From an uncultured Methanomicrobiales archaeon (GTDB lineage: Archaea > Halobacteriota > Methanomicrobia > Methanomicrobiales > Methanospirillaceae): a stretch of 64,000 nt of DNA. The notes beneath the pieces were generated by a model. The model was given only the letters and a program-made list of their open reading frames with translations. It searched no databases and was not told where the DNA came from. The stretch spans positions 64,001 through 128,000 of the forward strand of contig CAVWXH010000009.1 of the NCBI GenBank assembly GCA_963758915.1. The letters run 5' to 3'. The position numbers and the translations under genes were made by a program. Positions within the stretch are counted from its first letter, which is position 1. Each line of letters begins with the position of its first letter. This document shows positions 1 through 10,514 of this stretch, piece by piece.

Positions 1-1090
1 TATCCATGAATTTATGGGTGATAATTGTCGACGTTGAACCAACGGGCTCATTCAGGAACGAGACCGGTTTTAATGTGGTAATCGCCCCAAGCCGGTGGTG
101 GTCGATAATCTCGAGTATCTCGGCAGACTCGATCCCATCGACTGACTGGGTGAACTCGTTATGGTCAAGCAGGATTACTGACTTATGTATCTCCTCCAGG
201 AAGGTGTTTCTCGATATCATCCCAAGGAGTATGCCCTCCTTGTCCACAACACATGCAGTCCGGTAACGGGAATTGGAAACCATTTGTTTTGCATAGGCGA
301 GCGGGTCTTCAGGCCTTACAATAGGTACATCAGTTGCCATTACCTGTCCGGCAGCCCGTGAAAGGTGGATCATCCTGCCGACACTGAATGCATCAAGTGG
401 TGTCGCAAGGATAGAGACGTTCCTGGCCTGTGCGGCTGATATCACACGGTCCCCTACGGGAGCACCTTCCGCTACAATCAGGGCTGCAATCCCGGCAGAG
501 ATCAGGGCAAGCTGGGAGGGTTCGTTATCGCCCGTAATCGCTACGTCGCGGCCCGTCAGGGATGACAGGGCATTGTGGAGCGCATCGATGGCAATGATCA
601 CCCTGCCATTCAATTCCTCGCAGCAGGACACGAGGACCTCGGCCTCGAGGATACGGGTCAGGGTAGCCTGGGATATCGGTCCGATGACCAGCTGTTCTCG
701 CCGTTCCGGGGTGACATATGCCTTGGCAAGCCCGTACTCGCTGACAAGACCAATTACCCTGCCTTCCCGATTGATTACCGGGATGTTCCTGATGTCATGT
801 TCATCCATCATCAGCGCCACATCGATAGCCGGCATCTCTTCAGGGGCACGGTGCGGATAGAGGAAGGGGATATCTGCTACCGATGGTTCAACAGATTCAA
901 TCAATTCTGGCGGCTGGACCTGGAATTTTGACAGGACGAACCGGGTCTCTGCATTCAGTTCCCCACACCGTGCAGGGATATACCGGCCACCTTCATTCCT
1001 GTTGAGTAACTCCGCATACCCGATTACGCTTGCAATACTATCAGTATCAGGATGGCAGTGGCCGATGACATATACATTCTGGCTGCTCAT
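1..1090 (-). CDS. ppaC: CBS/DRTGG-domain Mn-dependent inorganic pyrophosphatase (family II, DHH); runs off window start
   Basis: Manual translation from ATG at 1090: MSSQNVYVIGHCHPDTDSIASVIGYAELLN (GHxxPDTDSI motif), then CBS/DRTGG-like region and LLDHNE/IIDHHR DHH motifs near the window start. Confidence 0.9.
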   Translation of the reverse strand, partial: MSSQNVYVIGHCHPDTDSIASVIGYAELLNRNEGGRYIPARCGELNAETRFVLSKFQVQPPELIESVEPSVADIPFLYPHRAPEEMPAIDVALMMDEHDIRNIPVINREGRVIGLVSEYGLAKAYVTPERREQLVIGPISQATLTRILEAEVLVSCCEELNGRVIIAIDALHNALSSLTGRDVAITGDNEPSQLALISAGIAALIVAEGAPVGDRVISAAQARNVSILATPLDAFSVGRMIHLSRAAGQVMATDVPIVRPEDPLAYAKQMVSNSRYRTACVVDKEGILLGMISRNTFLEEIHKSVILLDHNEFTQSVDGIESAEILEIIDHHRLGAITTLKPVSFLNEPVGSTSTIITHKFMD

Positions 1091-1361
1091 TTCAACGAAA
1101 CCTCTGGTTGCCGGTCCCTTACCGGACGGACTTTCACGGCAGACTGTCTTAACGTATCAGCTCACTACCCTATAATGATCTCGAAAAGAAGTAGTAATAA
1201 TAAATCCCGGGATTTTTCATCCGGGTAACTATCGGGGGCGAGCTTGATATCCGCAGCCTGGTGGTGAATATGTTCGCGTAAACCTGACGGTATGCGGAAA
1301 AACCCGCTGGCGCAACCGATCTCTTTATTCAGGTATTTCCCAAAGAATTGTACAGATTACG

Positions 1362-2514
1362 ATGATGATAGAACAGATCACATGCAGGATATCCCCGGTG
1401 ATTGCAGCCTTCATTATTATTACCTGTGTCATGTGCACGGGTGGAGCGTTCGCATCGTTCATCACTATACCGGGCGCTGAAACGGGACAGGGTGCAGGTA
1501 GTACACTTAACTGAAACCGGGTGGCAGCTGGTCTCGTATAATAGTGGAACTGTACAGGTCCCAGTTGCAGCGGGTTCAAAAATCACCCTGAAATTTAATG
1601 AGGACGGCAGCATAGGCGGCTCAGGTAGCATTAATCTCTATTTCGGATCATTTACACAAAACGGCAATTCGGTTACATTTGGCCCCCTGGGATGTACCGA
1701 GATGGCAGGTCCCGTACCGCTGATGGACCAGGAGAGCACGTATTTCCGCCTCCTTGATTCAACCAGGACTTCGCATGCCACAGGGAGCATACTTGAGTTA
1801 TCTGACGCAACAGGCCACGTTGTTTTGGTATTCAGGTCTGATAATTCCGGGAGTTCAAACAGTCCTGCTATTAGGAATCCTGCATCCATAGTACCCGGGA
1901 CAGAGTGGCAGCTCTCGTCGTATTCAGACGGTGTTACCACGGTATCAGGGCGGGACGTAAGGACAATCACCCTGAAATTTGATGGTTCAGGTAATATCAG
2001 TGGGTTTGGTGGTGTGAACAACTATTTCGGGACCTGCACCATGGACGGCACTACCATCTCTATCGGGCCTGTCGGGTCAACAAAGATGGCGGGCTCCGGG
2101 TCACTGATGACCCTGGAACAATTATATTTCAACCTGCTCAACTCAGCCACCGGGGTTAGTCTTTCCGATGATTCCCTGAGCCTGACCAATAATGAAGGAA
2201 AAGTCGTATTGACTTTCGAACCTAAAACCACGGCATCACAAGACAGGTACACTGCAATTATTCTACCCCGGAAGCCCCATGTCGTGGTACCACTTGCAAC
2301 CGGAGGACATTCCCAGACAACAATAACAAGCAGGTTAAATAAAAATGGCAATTGGACCGGATCCACCGGTGTGCTTCCGGTGAAACTGGTACAGCCGGGG
2401 AAGGGTATTGTCAGCATCCCGGCTACGGGGAATAATCAACGTCCATCCACTATGCCTCGTTTTAATGATACGATTATCCCACCTGTGACTTACCCGGGTG
2501 GACCATTATATTAA
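1362..2514 (+). pseudogene. Secreted protein with two META (HslJ-like) domains, frameshifted near 1509
   Basis: Signal-peptide ORF 1362-1514 (MMIEQ...AAFIIITCVMCTGGAFA) joins the 1402 frame if one base is removed; two W-x-L...ITLKF...GxGxxNxYFG...GPxGxTxMA repeats. Confidence 0.75.
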
Positions 2515-2569
2515 GATCTTATTTTTACAATTCAGTTCGAATCGTCTGGAAATGCCAGAAACAGTATTT

Positions 2570-3241
2570 TCAGGTTTCCACAATTTTACCGTCTTTCAGC
2601 TGGATTATCCGGTGGAAATAGTCCTTGTGCCAGTCCTCGTGGGAGACCATAACAATCGTCTGTTTCATATCTTCATTGATCTCCCGGAACAGGTCCAGCA
2701 CCATTCGTGAGTTTTCTGAGTCAAGGTTTGCGCAGGGTTCATCTGCAAAGAGGATATCGGGCTTATTCACCATCGCACGTGCGATTGAAACACGCTGCTG
2801 CTGCCCGCCGGAAAGCTCGCGGGGGAGGTGGTCCCGCCGGTCACAGAGGCCGATTTTTCGGAGTATCCCGAAACTGTCTTTGCGGATCTGTTCTTCGGTC
2901 CGGTCCTGCCGCAGCATTGCTGGCAGGGAGACATTTTCCATCACCGTAAGATCCGGGACCAGTGCATAGTCCTGGAAGACATACCCGAGCTTGTAAAGCC
3001 TGAACATGGTCTTCTCATAATCTGTGAGAGTTAAGACATCAACGTCATCAATAACAATCTTTCCAGATGTTGGATGGTCAAGGAGACCGAGCATATGAAG
3101 GAGTGTTGTTTTACCACTGCCGCTTGCCCCTACGATGCCAAGAAATTCGCCCTTTTCGATATCGAGCGTAACACCGTCAAGGGCATTGACCTCGACGTTC
3201 CCCATACGATAGGTTTTCCGCAGATCCGTAGTCTCGATCAT
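2570..3241 (-). CDS. ABC transporter ATP-binding protein (LolD/MacB-like)
   Basis: GASGSGKT Walker A, LSGGQQQR signature, ADEP Walker B. Confidence 0.95.
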   Translation of the reverse strand: MIETTDLRKTYRMGNVEVNALDGVTLDIEKGEFLGIVGASGSGKTTLLHMLGLLDHPTSGKIVIDDVDVLTLTDYEKTMFRLYKLGYVFQDYALVPDLTVMENVSLPAMLRQDRTEEQIRKDSFGILRKIGLCDRRDHLPRELSGGQQQRVSIARAMVNKPDILFADEPCANLDSENSRMVLDLFREINEDMKQTIVMVSHEDWHKDYFHRIIQLKDGKIVET

Positions 3242-3242
3242 G

Positions 3243-4463
3243 TCAGGCCCTCATCGCAGTCTGGATATCCTCGCGGGAGACCTGGTAGGCGGGGACATAC
3301 CCGGCAACAACTGCTGCACAGAACAGGATGACGGAATTGGTCAGAAGATCCCATGGTGTGATATACAGGTATGCAGACCATTCGGGAGTCACGATGGGAT
3401 GCACGTACATGTATGCCGCGAGCGCGAGCGTGATGATGATCCCGAGGATAATGCCGAGGATGCCGAGGATAATGACCTGGAACCCGTAATTATGCATGAT
3501 TACCTGCTTGTCAACGCCGATTGCCTTTAGGATCCCAATCTGTTTGCGGCTGTTGAGGGTCTTGATTGTAATGACAATGAACAGCACAACCGTCGTAATA
3601 ATAACACTGACCATCAGGGACACCATATTGATAATAGCAAAACTCTGGAGCACCTTGCCTACACTTTTACTCAGCAGGTCTGTCATTGTCTGGACCTTTC
3701 CTTTTACCCCCACACCGTAAGAGAGGAGTTCATTCTTGATGAACTGCTCGGAATATCCGGGTTTCGCTCGCACGGTGATATAATTAGCACTGTCAAGCGT
3801 CTTTCCTTCCACCTGTTCCATATCAGTCCAGGTTACAAACGCTCCATTGTCAACCGGACTCCATCCGGTGGAATAGATTCCCTTGACCCGGTAGTCTTTC
3901 GTATAGCCATTGCCGTATTCAACGGTTATCGAGTCCCCTACCCGGACACCCCCGAGCGACTCCTGGAATTCATCTTCCTGGCGGACAGAGGAATCACCGG
4001 CTATCGGTTTACCGATGATGATCTCACCCGTGTCGTCCTCCCCGAGATAACTTCCGGTCACCATTTTCGTGTACACCGGCGATACCTCCTTCTCATCCGT
4101 GGGAGTTATGGCACGCACGGAAACACCGATAACCCGCTGCCGGTACTTGATGGTAGCCCCCTTGGAATACTGGGGGGATGCCCGCTGCACGCCCGGCATG
4201 CCGTTGATCAGATCCAGCGTGGCATCAAGGTCTGTAATGTACTGTTCGCCCGATTTGGGGCTGACAAGGACATTTGAGACCTCATAATCCACCAGCTGTT
4301 TAGTGATGCCCTGGCCAATCCCGCTGAACATGGATGGGAGGAATATCATGTTGGTAAAGCACATCCCGATAATCAGGACGGTCAGGATCGCGCTTGAGCG
4401 GCTCCCCCGCTGGAGTGAACGGAGTGCGAGGAGAAAGGCGACTTTCAGCTCTTTTTTACCCAT
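3243..4463 (-). CDS. ABC transporter permease (FtsX/MacB family)
   Basis: N-terminal TM, large extracytoplasmic domain, RKQIGILKAIG motif, 3 C-terminal TMs. Confidence 0.9.
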   Translation of the reverse strand: MGKKELKVAFLLALRSLQRGSRSSAILTVLIIGMCFTNMIFLPSMFSGIGQGITKQLVDYEVSNVLVSPKSGEQYITDLDATLDLINGMPGVQRASPQYSKGATIKYRQRVIGVSVRAITPTDEKEVSPVYTKMVTGSYLGEDDTGEIIIGKPIAGDSSVRQEDEFQESLGGVRVGDSITVEYGNGYTKDYRVKGIYSTGWSPVDNGAFVTWTDMEQVEGKTLDSANYITVRAKPGYSEQFIKNELLSYGVGVKGKVQTMTDLLSKSVGKVLQSFAIINMVSLMVSVIITTVVLFIVITIKTLNSRKQIGILKAIGVDKQVIMHNYGFQVIILGILGIILGIIITLALAAYMYVHPIVTPEWSAYLYITPWDLLTNSVILFCAAVVAGYVPAYQVSREDIQTAMRA

Positions 4464-5701
4464 GGAAGGGCTCCGTTGCCGTTTTTCCGTGGCAGGTACC
4501 AGTACCGGTACGCAAGGATTCCACCAACGATAATGATCAGCAGGACAAGGAGAAACATCCCGGTATTGTCTTCAGGTATTACCCTGACTGACATCGGGCT
4601 GGATATCGTATGTGTCCCGAGATCGTCTACATACGTGATGATTGTTGTATACTCGTAGGTGCCACCCTTTGCGCCGTCAAGCGAAAATACAGCAGGTGCA
4701 TCATTGCCAGGCTTGATCTTGCCGATAAATGCCTGTTTTGTACCGGTCATCGGGAGGTCTACCGTCGCAACCACCTGTTTTGCTTCACCGGTGCCGGTAT
4801 TTTCTATCCTGATGGTCAGGTCAAACGGCTGGTTTGCAATTACCCTCCGCGGGCTTGTTTCAACCGAGACAAAACCAAGCTCGGCCTTTCCCTTCATCAT
4901 GACATCAATGGAAGTTGTTTCTACATGCCCTGATCCATCAATCCAGTTGTACTGGAGCGTGACCGGCACCCGGACCAGCCCGGGGGGGGTGTTCCTGTCA
5001 GACAACAGGACGAGGTTAACGGTCCTGGAATCATTGGCATTTATCGCACCGATATGGTAGAAGTCAGTCGTCTTCGGTGCAATCATGTTGCTTACGTTAT
5101 TAATCCGGATAGTCACATCATCCGTGCTGGTCTCTCCCCCGTTCCGGACAACCAGCGTCACCGGGATCTCGTCACCAGGGTTCACCGTATCTGGGAGTGA
5201 ACTTTCCACGATCATGATGGCCCTTTTCTGGATCCCCACCGGGGTGTTAACGTTAACCGGGATTGGGAACCGGGTGCTCCTCCCACCCGTGGTATCGACC
5301 CACACCTCAGGATAGTACATCCCGGTCACTGGTGGCGCCCGGATGGTAAATGTCAACGGGAGCGACTGGCCCGGACCGAGTTCCCCCACCCGCTCGAAAT
5401 CTTTGCTGATGACCAGGATACCTTTTCCCTCGAGCTGGACGTTTTCAATATTCACGTTGATGTCCGTAACTTTGGTAGTCGTAAAATCATTGGCAAAAAC
5501 TCCTGCATTCTCCTTAATGGATGCGGTGGATGCCGTATTTTTCACGACCACGGTGATCGTCCCAAGACTGTCAGGCATCATTATCGGGGGGTTCACCTGG
5601 TATTCGCTTATCTGTACAGTTGGATCACCGGCAGCTGATGCCGGAAATAGTATGCCAGCAGAGATTGCGAGTGCAATTACGAGTATGTGGATTAACTTCA
5701 T
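4445..5701 (-). CDS. COG1361-type S-layer-domain / CARDB surface protein
   Basis: Signal peptide MKLIHILV..., repeated Ig-like NxG beta modules, C-terminal TM plus basic tail; upstream of ABC pair. Confidence 0.8.
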   Translation of the reverse strand: MKLIHILVIALAISAGILFPASAAGDPTVQISEYQVNPPIMMPDSLGTITVVVKNTASTASIKENAGVFANDFTTTKVTDINVNIENVQLEGKGILVISKDFERVGELGPGQSLPLTFTIRAPPVTGMYYPEVWVDTTGGRSTRFPIPVNVNTPVGIQKRAIMIVESSLPDTVNPGDEIPVTLVVRNGGETSTDDVTIRINNVSNMIAPKTTDFYHIGAINANDSRTVNLVLLSDRNTPPGLVRVPVTLQYNWIDGSGHVETTSIDVMMKGKAELGFVSVETSPRRVIANQPFDLTIRIENTGTGEAKQVVATVDLPMTGTKQAFIGKIKPGNDAPAVFSLDGAKGGTYEYTTIITYVDDLGTHTISSPMSVRVIPEDNTGMFLLVLLIIIVGGILAYRYWYLPRKNGNGALPWVKKS

Positions 5702-5952
5702 CGTGTTCAGTCCACCCGATCGGGGAAATTTTTCAACCAGCGGGATTTTTGTTTCTATAGAAACTTGTTCTGAATATATTCGCATGAAGTTATAGTATAT
5801 TTATTTATCAGCTCCATGCCCTGTTGTTCCCTTCATGCTAGTGAATCGCGAAATGCATCCATCATTTCCACGTTGAAACGGGGTTGCAGATTGTTACCGC
5901 CACCTGGCCAGCCGGGGACTGAAATGTGTTATACTGCGGAGTGGTTCAACCG

Positions 5953-6795
5953 TCAGCCGTGGAAGGAATGGGAACGAGGTATCATGGGTATTCCCTGCTC
6001 CTGGATGGCATATAAAACCCTGAACCTGCCGTCGCTGTAATTCATCACTATTTTCTTCGGGTGTAACCTGCTCAGGTAAAATGGAGGTAATATGCGGTCG
6101 AGTTCCCCCAATCCCCCGTAAAAAAAGAACTCGATATCCTTCCCGGACGGATTTGTCAGGATCACTTCAATTAACAGGGAATGTTGCTGCCTGTCTGTAA
6201 CATCCAGGTCAAAGATAAGCAGTGATTCCGGCCGGTTCTCCCCAGGAGTCGCATAAATTCGGGTTAATTTCGCAGTAAGCCAGTGGATTTTTTCCAGGCC
6301 CAGCCGCCGGGAAACGGTATCCGCAATATACCCAAACGGGAGTGCCCCGATGCCGATAATCAGGATGGGCAGTTCTTCCTGGAACAGTCCTGTACTGCTC
6401 CGGTATGATACAGGGGTCCCGAGAATTTCACTAATTTCCCGAAGAAGCCCTGTTTCTTCCGGCGTCGCAGAGATCACATTGCACCAGATCCCGAACTTTC
6501 CCTGGGGCCTGTTTATTATTACAACCCTTTTGTCATCTGACCTCCCGCTTTTTGGGATAAAATCCGGGCCAAATAGTTCAACACTCACATCAAGGGCATA
6601 TTCCCCATCTTCCAATCCTCTGATAACACCTGAAACCACCCTTCCTATCGGGGGTTGCCGGGGATCGTGAACAGAGAACACGGGGATAATGACCTGGTCT
6701 ATCATGGCAAGATGCTGCTTCAGGTCATCAGGAGTTATGACCTGGTCACCTGGAACAGCATGGGTGGTGGCTATCCGGATAGATCGAAGGGTCAT
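5953..6795 (-). CDS. Hypothetical protein; N-terminus resembles prohead-protease-like fold
   Basis: 280 aa ORF; IATTH...HDPRQPPIGRVV...LEDGEYAL motif. Confidence 0.6.
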   Translation of the reverse strand: MTLRSIRIATTHAVPGDQVITPDDLKQHLAMIDQVIIPVFSVHDPRQPPIGRVVSGVIRGLEDGEYALDVSVELFGPDFIPKSGRSDDKRVVIINRPQGKFGIWCNVISATPEETGLLREISEILGTPVSYRSSTGLFQEELPILIIGIGALPFGYIADTVSRRLGLEKIHWLTAKLTRIYATPGENRPESLLIFDLDVTDRQQHSLLIEVILTNPSGKDIEFFFYGGLGELDRILPPFYLSRLHPKKIVMNYSDGRFRVLYAIQEQGIPMIPRSHSFHG

Positions 6796-6984
6796 TGCTG
6801 GTACGTAATTTTCGGTCTGGCAGGATTAATATAACCTTGTAACAGGTTTTCAGGCCCGGGAATGGAGCAGGAATACCATCGTTACATCTGATGCATGGTA
6901 ACGATAACAGAATTCGGGAAGACGGGGTATGCAATGGCCCGGGTATCCGTTTTTTATCTTTCTGAAACATCAGGTTACTATTAA

Positions 6985-7617
6985 ATGGCCCCACGGTTTT
7001 CGCCCGATGAAGGGAATATGGGGGTAATGGCTGGCGCCCTGGCGATAGCAATACTCCTGTCTCTGGCAATATTCTCATTGTTTATACTCCCCGGTTACTC
7101 AAGCGGGCAGGAGACATATTCCGGGCTGAGCCAACTGGCGGATTCCCCGGTAATTGCCAGTAATGTAACAGGATATGCAGATCTTTCTGGCACACTCGGA
7201 CCGGTTCAGGTGATGACAACGGCCCCGAATCCGGACAAACTCGGCGCAGTGGTGATGAAGATCCGGCTTGACTCCCTGCGGTATGTATGGAAACCGGGAG
7301 CGGGTGTAGACCTCGATAAAAGCACGGTGGTTTTTACAAGCCGGTCTGGCAGGGAAGTGATACCAAGAAATAGCGGGCTGCCTATGAAGAAACCAGGATG
7401 GGCAATTGTCCAGAAAGGAAGTACTATTCCATACCAGGGTGCTGACCAGGACAATATCCTCGAACCTAACGAGGAATTTGTTCTATTTATCTACCCTTCC
7501 ACCCCGCTTCCCCCGTCGACACCATTTACCGTTACAATCAGCATGCCGGAGGAGAACGCGCTTATGGTAAACCGTACCGTCCCCGTAATAGTCAGGCCTG
7601 TGATGAACCTGGGCTGA
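6985..7617 (+). CDS. Archaellin-like protein
   Basis: Hydrophobic N-terminal helix after DEG; VDLDK, D-x-D-NILEPNEEF and PSTPFTVTI motifs seen in methanogen archaellins. Confidence 0.7.
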   Translation: MAPRFSPDEGNMGVMAGALAIAILLSLAIFSLFILPGYSSGQETYSGLSQLADSPVIASNVTGYADLSGTLGPVQVMTTAPNPDKLGAVVMKIRLDSLRYVWKPGAGVDLDKSTVVFTSRSGREVIPRNSGLPMKKPGWAIVQKGSTIPYQGADQDNILEPNEEFVLFIYPSTPLPPSTPFTVTISMPEENALMVNRTVPVIVRPVMNLG

Positions 7618-7778
7618 TCGCTTTTTTTCCGGCCTGCCCAATCAGGTAATCTCTTTTTATAGCGACGAACGCGAACGGGGATCCCGGCAGTTTACCCGGA
7701 TGACTCAACCGGTTTATCACCCGGCTGATTTCTGTAACGAAAGAAGGGAATAAGAGCCGCGATTACCTAGTAGTATTC

Positions 7779-8108
7779 ATGAAGTATACAGCGCGACACG
7801 TACGGAAATTCCTTGAGCAGGGAAAGATCGACCCAGTGCTCTGGAAGGTGCATTTCCCTTCACTCCTGGAGTCAAGAGTACCCACCTGCGAGGAATGTGA
7901 TGATTTTAAGAGTAACCTCTGCACGGGAGGGAAGGACCCGGTTGAATGTTTCCTGGCGATTGAGCCCTGTACAGATCAACAGCCTGACGACGAAACAAAA
8001 AAACAGGCAGGAAAGGATAAATCAAAGAAATACCAGTGGAACAGCAAAGGAAAAGAAAAAATAATCCCGTCTGGCGCGAATAAGGCGTACGACCAGTCAA
8101 AATTATAA
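7779..8108 (+). CDS. Hypothetical protein with CxxC-x7-C-x8-C cluster and Lys-rich tail
   Basis: 109 aa ORF with ATG start filling an intergenic gap. Confidence 0.6.
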   Translation: MKYTARHVRKFLEQGKIDPVLWKVHFPSLLESRVPTCEECDDFKSNLCTGGKDPVECFLAIEPCTDQQPDDETKKQAGKDKSKKYQWNSKGKEKIIPSGANKAYDQSKL

Positions 8109-8131
8109 TACCTTTTTATCAGGTTGATACA

Positions 8132-8251
8132 GCTGATATGAAAAATTCCGTGAATCATTTGAAAGGCAACCTTTTTCATGCTCACCTATGAGCCAAAGGC
8201 TCATAGCACGCTTTGTTGAAACACACATGAACAGGAAGTTCACACCAGGGC
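8132..8251. repeat. Dispersed repeat R1 (module C, TIR, partial module B)
   Basis: GCTGATATGAAAAA...CTATGAGCCAAAGGCTCATAGCACGCTTTGTTGAAACACACATGAAC; matches 23598-23720 and the reverse complement of 37645-37760. Confidence 0.9.
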
Positions 8252-8253
8252 GG

Positions 8254-8808
8254 TTAATACAGGATATTGACAGGATCCAGGCCCTGTGGGACCGTCCTCC
8301 TGATACTGAACGATGCACCGCCAGGGGGTTTGACTTCGAGGGTGAACTGTGTTCGCGGCTGGATCTTTTTAGTTGGTTTCGCATCGATCGTCCAGACCTG
8401 GTTATCCGAAAGGACCCTTTCACTCGTCCCGGAAACATTCCATTCCCCGTCCCCGGCGATACCTGAGGTATACTTCAGGGACTCAAGCAGGCCTTCCGTG
8501 CTTATGATCATCTGGCTGCCCCTGAAATCGACAGGGGTCCCGCCTGTCGAAAGGGTTACACCAAACTCGACTGTGTCGATGCCCAGGGAAGTATCTGATG
8601 CCAGTCCATAGATATCCCCGACAACCAACACATTTGATGCAACACCCTGGACCCCTGCATTGGCTACCTTCTGGCTGACCTGGGTGGTAAAAAGCCCTGC
8701 CCCGAGCATAATATAGGTGAACACAGAGGCCACGGTGATGAACGCAATCAGTACAATTGCGGCCTCTATACCGGTAAATGCATCTTCATGCAGGGGAGGT
8801 TGTTTCAA
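8254..8808 (-). CDS. flaB: Archaellin (archaeal flagellin FlaB/ArlB family)
   Basis: Class III signal and N-terminal helix DAFTGIEAAIVLIAFITVASVF...GAGLFTTQ; C-terminal FTLEVKPPGGA. Confidence 0.85.
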   Translation of the reverse strand: MKQPPLHEDAFTGIEAAIVLIAFITVASVFTYIMLGAGLFTTQVSQKVANAGVQGVASNVLVVGDIYGLASDTSLGIDTVEFGVTLSTGGTPVDFRGSQMIISTEGLLESLKYTSGIAGDGEWNVSGTSERVLSDNQVWTIDAKPTKKIQPRTQFTLEVKPPGGASFSIRRTVPQGLDPVNILY

Positions 8809-8968
8809 GGGAAATCGAACTCCGGGGATTCTTTTGGAATATTTTGCTAGTAGTTACCTGTGGTCCTTTAAGTATTTGAGTAACGTGACCTCTGTAACCG
8901 CGATGGCTCATAAGATATCATACCTATAAATACATCAAGCCAGATTGTTGTAACTGGTGAAAACGAAC

Positions 8969-9568
8969 ATGCAGTTTAAAGAAATTGTGATGCAACGTTA
9001 CGCGGTAAAGAAATTTAACGGGAAGGTAGTCCCTGAAGAGAAAATCAACGAGCTGATTGAACTTGTCAGGTATGCCCCCTCTGCCCTGAACCTGCAGCCA
9101 TGGAGAATAAGGGTTGTTACTGACCAGAAATTAAAAGAAGAACTCCGGCCTGCTGCATTTGACCAGGAGCAGATCACCACCTGTTCGCACCTGCTCGTTT
9201 TTTGTGCTGATCCCGACTATGACAGCCTGATAAAAAAGCTCGGAGTCCTGTTACAACAGAACCATATACCCGAAGAGATCCAGACGATGATAACCGGAAT
9301 GGCAACCCAGTTCGCCGGACCTATGTCACCCGGACAGCGGCTTTCCTGGTCGCAGGCGCAGACCTACCTCGCCCTGGGAAACGCATTGAACGGGGCGAAA
9401 TCCCTCGGGCTTGACTCGTGCCCGATGGGGGGGTTTAACCCGGATGAATTCACCCGGATCCTGAATATCCCCAAACCCCTCGTCCCGGTAATGCTCTGCC
9501 CGGTCGGGTATGCAGCTGATACGCCGATGCCAAAATTAAGGTTCAATAAAGAGGATATCCTGTTCTGA
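8969..9568 (+). CDS. Nitroreductase family NAD(P)H oxidoreductase
   Basis: RYAVKKF, APSALNLQPW and GLDSCPMGGF motifs. Confidence 0.92.
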   Translation: MQFKEIVMQRYAVKKFNGKVVPEEKINELIELVRYAPSALNLQPWRIRVVTDQKLKEELRPAAFDQEQITTCSHLLVFCADPDYDSLIKKLGVLLQQNHIPEEIQTMITGMATQFAGPMSPGQRLSWSQAQTYLALGNALNGAKSLGLDSCPMGGFNPDEFTRILNIPKPLVPVMLCPVGYAADTPMPKLRFNKEDILF

Positions 9569-9724
9569 ATATGAATTGAATAAGGGGTGGTTTTCAAATA
9601 TCCTGATTTTTGCTGGGTGATAGAATTCCGTTTTCAATTGGGATCACTACATACTACCTGAATTCCAGTTACGTACAGGACTATATTTAGTCAATATACG
9701 GTGATTATACACTGTAATACTATA

Positions 9725-10144
9725 ATGACTGAAAACATAAACCCGTTACCAGGTCCTCGCACCACCTTGTCCTGGGGACAACGACGTGAACAGGTTATTG
9801 ATACCCTCGGACTTGGATTTTGCCTCTGGTTTATCGGGTATGTCGGATCAATTATCCTGTATTTTCTTGTCCCTTCCGATGTAATCGGGTGGATCCTCTT
9901 CGTCATGTTCACGCCGGTTTTTATCGTAATCACCCTTGCAAGATTCAGGAAAAGATTCCTCCCTTTCAGGTATTATGCAATTGTTGCAGTGACATGGACT
10001 GGAATTGCAATTGTGGCTGATTTCCTGTTTATTGTACTCCTGTTCAACCCTGACAACTATTACCACCCGAGCGTGATTGTATATTATCTTGAAACGTTCC
10101 TTGTCCCTTTCGCCATGGGAATTCTCAACCGGAAAGAGGCATAA
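9725..10144 (+). CDS. Hypothetical membrane protein (about 4 TM)
   Basis: Four hydrophobic segments; GLGFCLWFIGY...YY pattern. Confidence 0.7.
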   Translation: MTENINPLPGPRTTLSWGQRREQVIDTLGLGFCLWFIGYVGSIILYFLVPSDVIGWILFVMFTPVFIVITLARFRKRFLPFRYYAIVAVTWTGIAIVADFLFIVLLFNPDNYYHPSVIVYYLETFLVPFAMGILNRKEA

Positions 10145-10237
10145 TGACTCCCGGGTTGATTAGTATACAAAAATAAGACCACAAAAACCGGTCCAGGGAT
10201 GAATTAAAGTCAGAATAACCAGGGAACGGACAGGAGC

Positions 10238-10495
10238 TCAGGGAAAATCTATACACGAACCCGTGTTTTTTGGTACACAACGCCGTACCCTCCTGACCGC
10301 AAGGGACCACCCCTTGAAAAAACCATGCTTTTCCAGTGCGAGTATTGCATAGTGTGAGCAGGAAGGGTGAAACCGGCAGTAAATCCTGCGGTTATGGTTA
10401 TAGGCACGCCCCAACTTCCCGTGCCATACAATACGGATGAGCATAATTGAGATCAGGACGAACGGGTTCCGCTGAATCACTACACATAATACCAA
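10238..10495 (-). CDS. yidD: YidD-like (membrane protein insertion efficiency factor/haemolytic domain) protein; start uncertain
   Basis: CRFHPSCSHYAILALEKHGFFKG...RVRRCVP fits the YidD CRFxPTCSxYA...HG..KG...RCxP signature. Confidence 0.75.
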   Translation of the reverse strand: MVLCVVIQRNPFVLISIMLIRIVWHGKLGRAYNHNRRIYCRFHPSCSHYAILALEKHGFFKGWSLAVRRVRRCVPKNTGSCIDFP

Positions 10496-10514
10496 TTACG
10501 GGTTATAAAACCTG

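Noticed and set aside
8188-8466. ORFs sharing MSQRLIARxVETHMNR (also in 37635-37901) or ATPVGIET (40783-40965, 52682-52930)
   Set aside because: The shared peptides are translations of the dispersed repeat. Frames and start codons are not kept between copies (R3 has ATA), and 8188-8466 overlaps the archaellin antisense.
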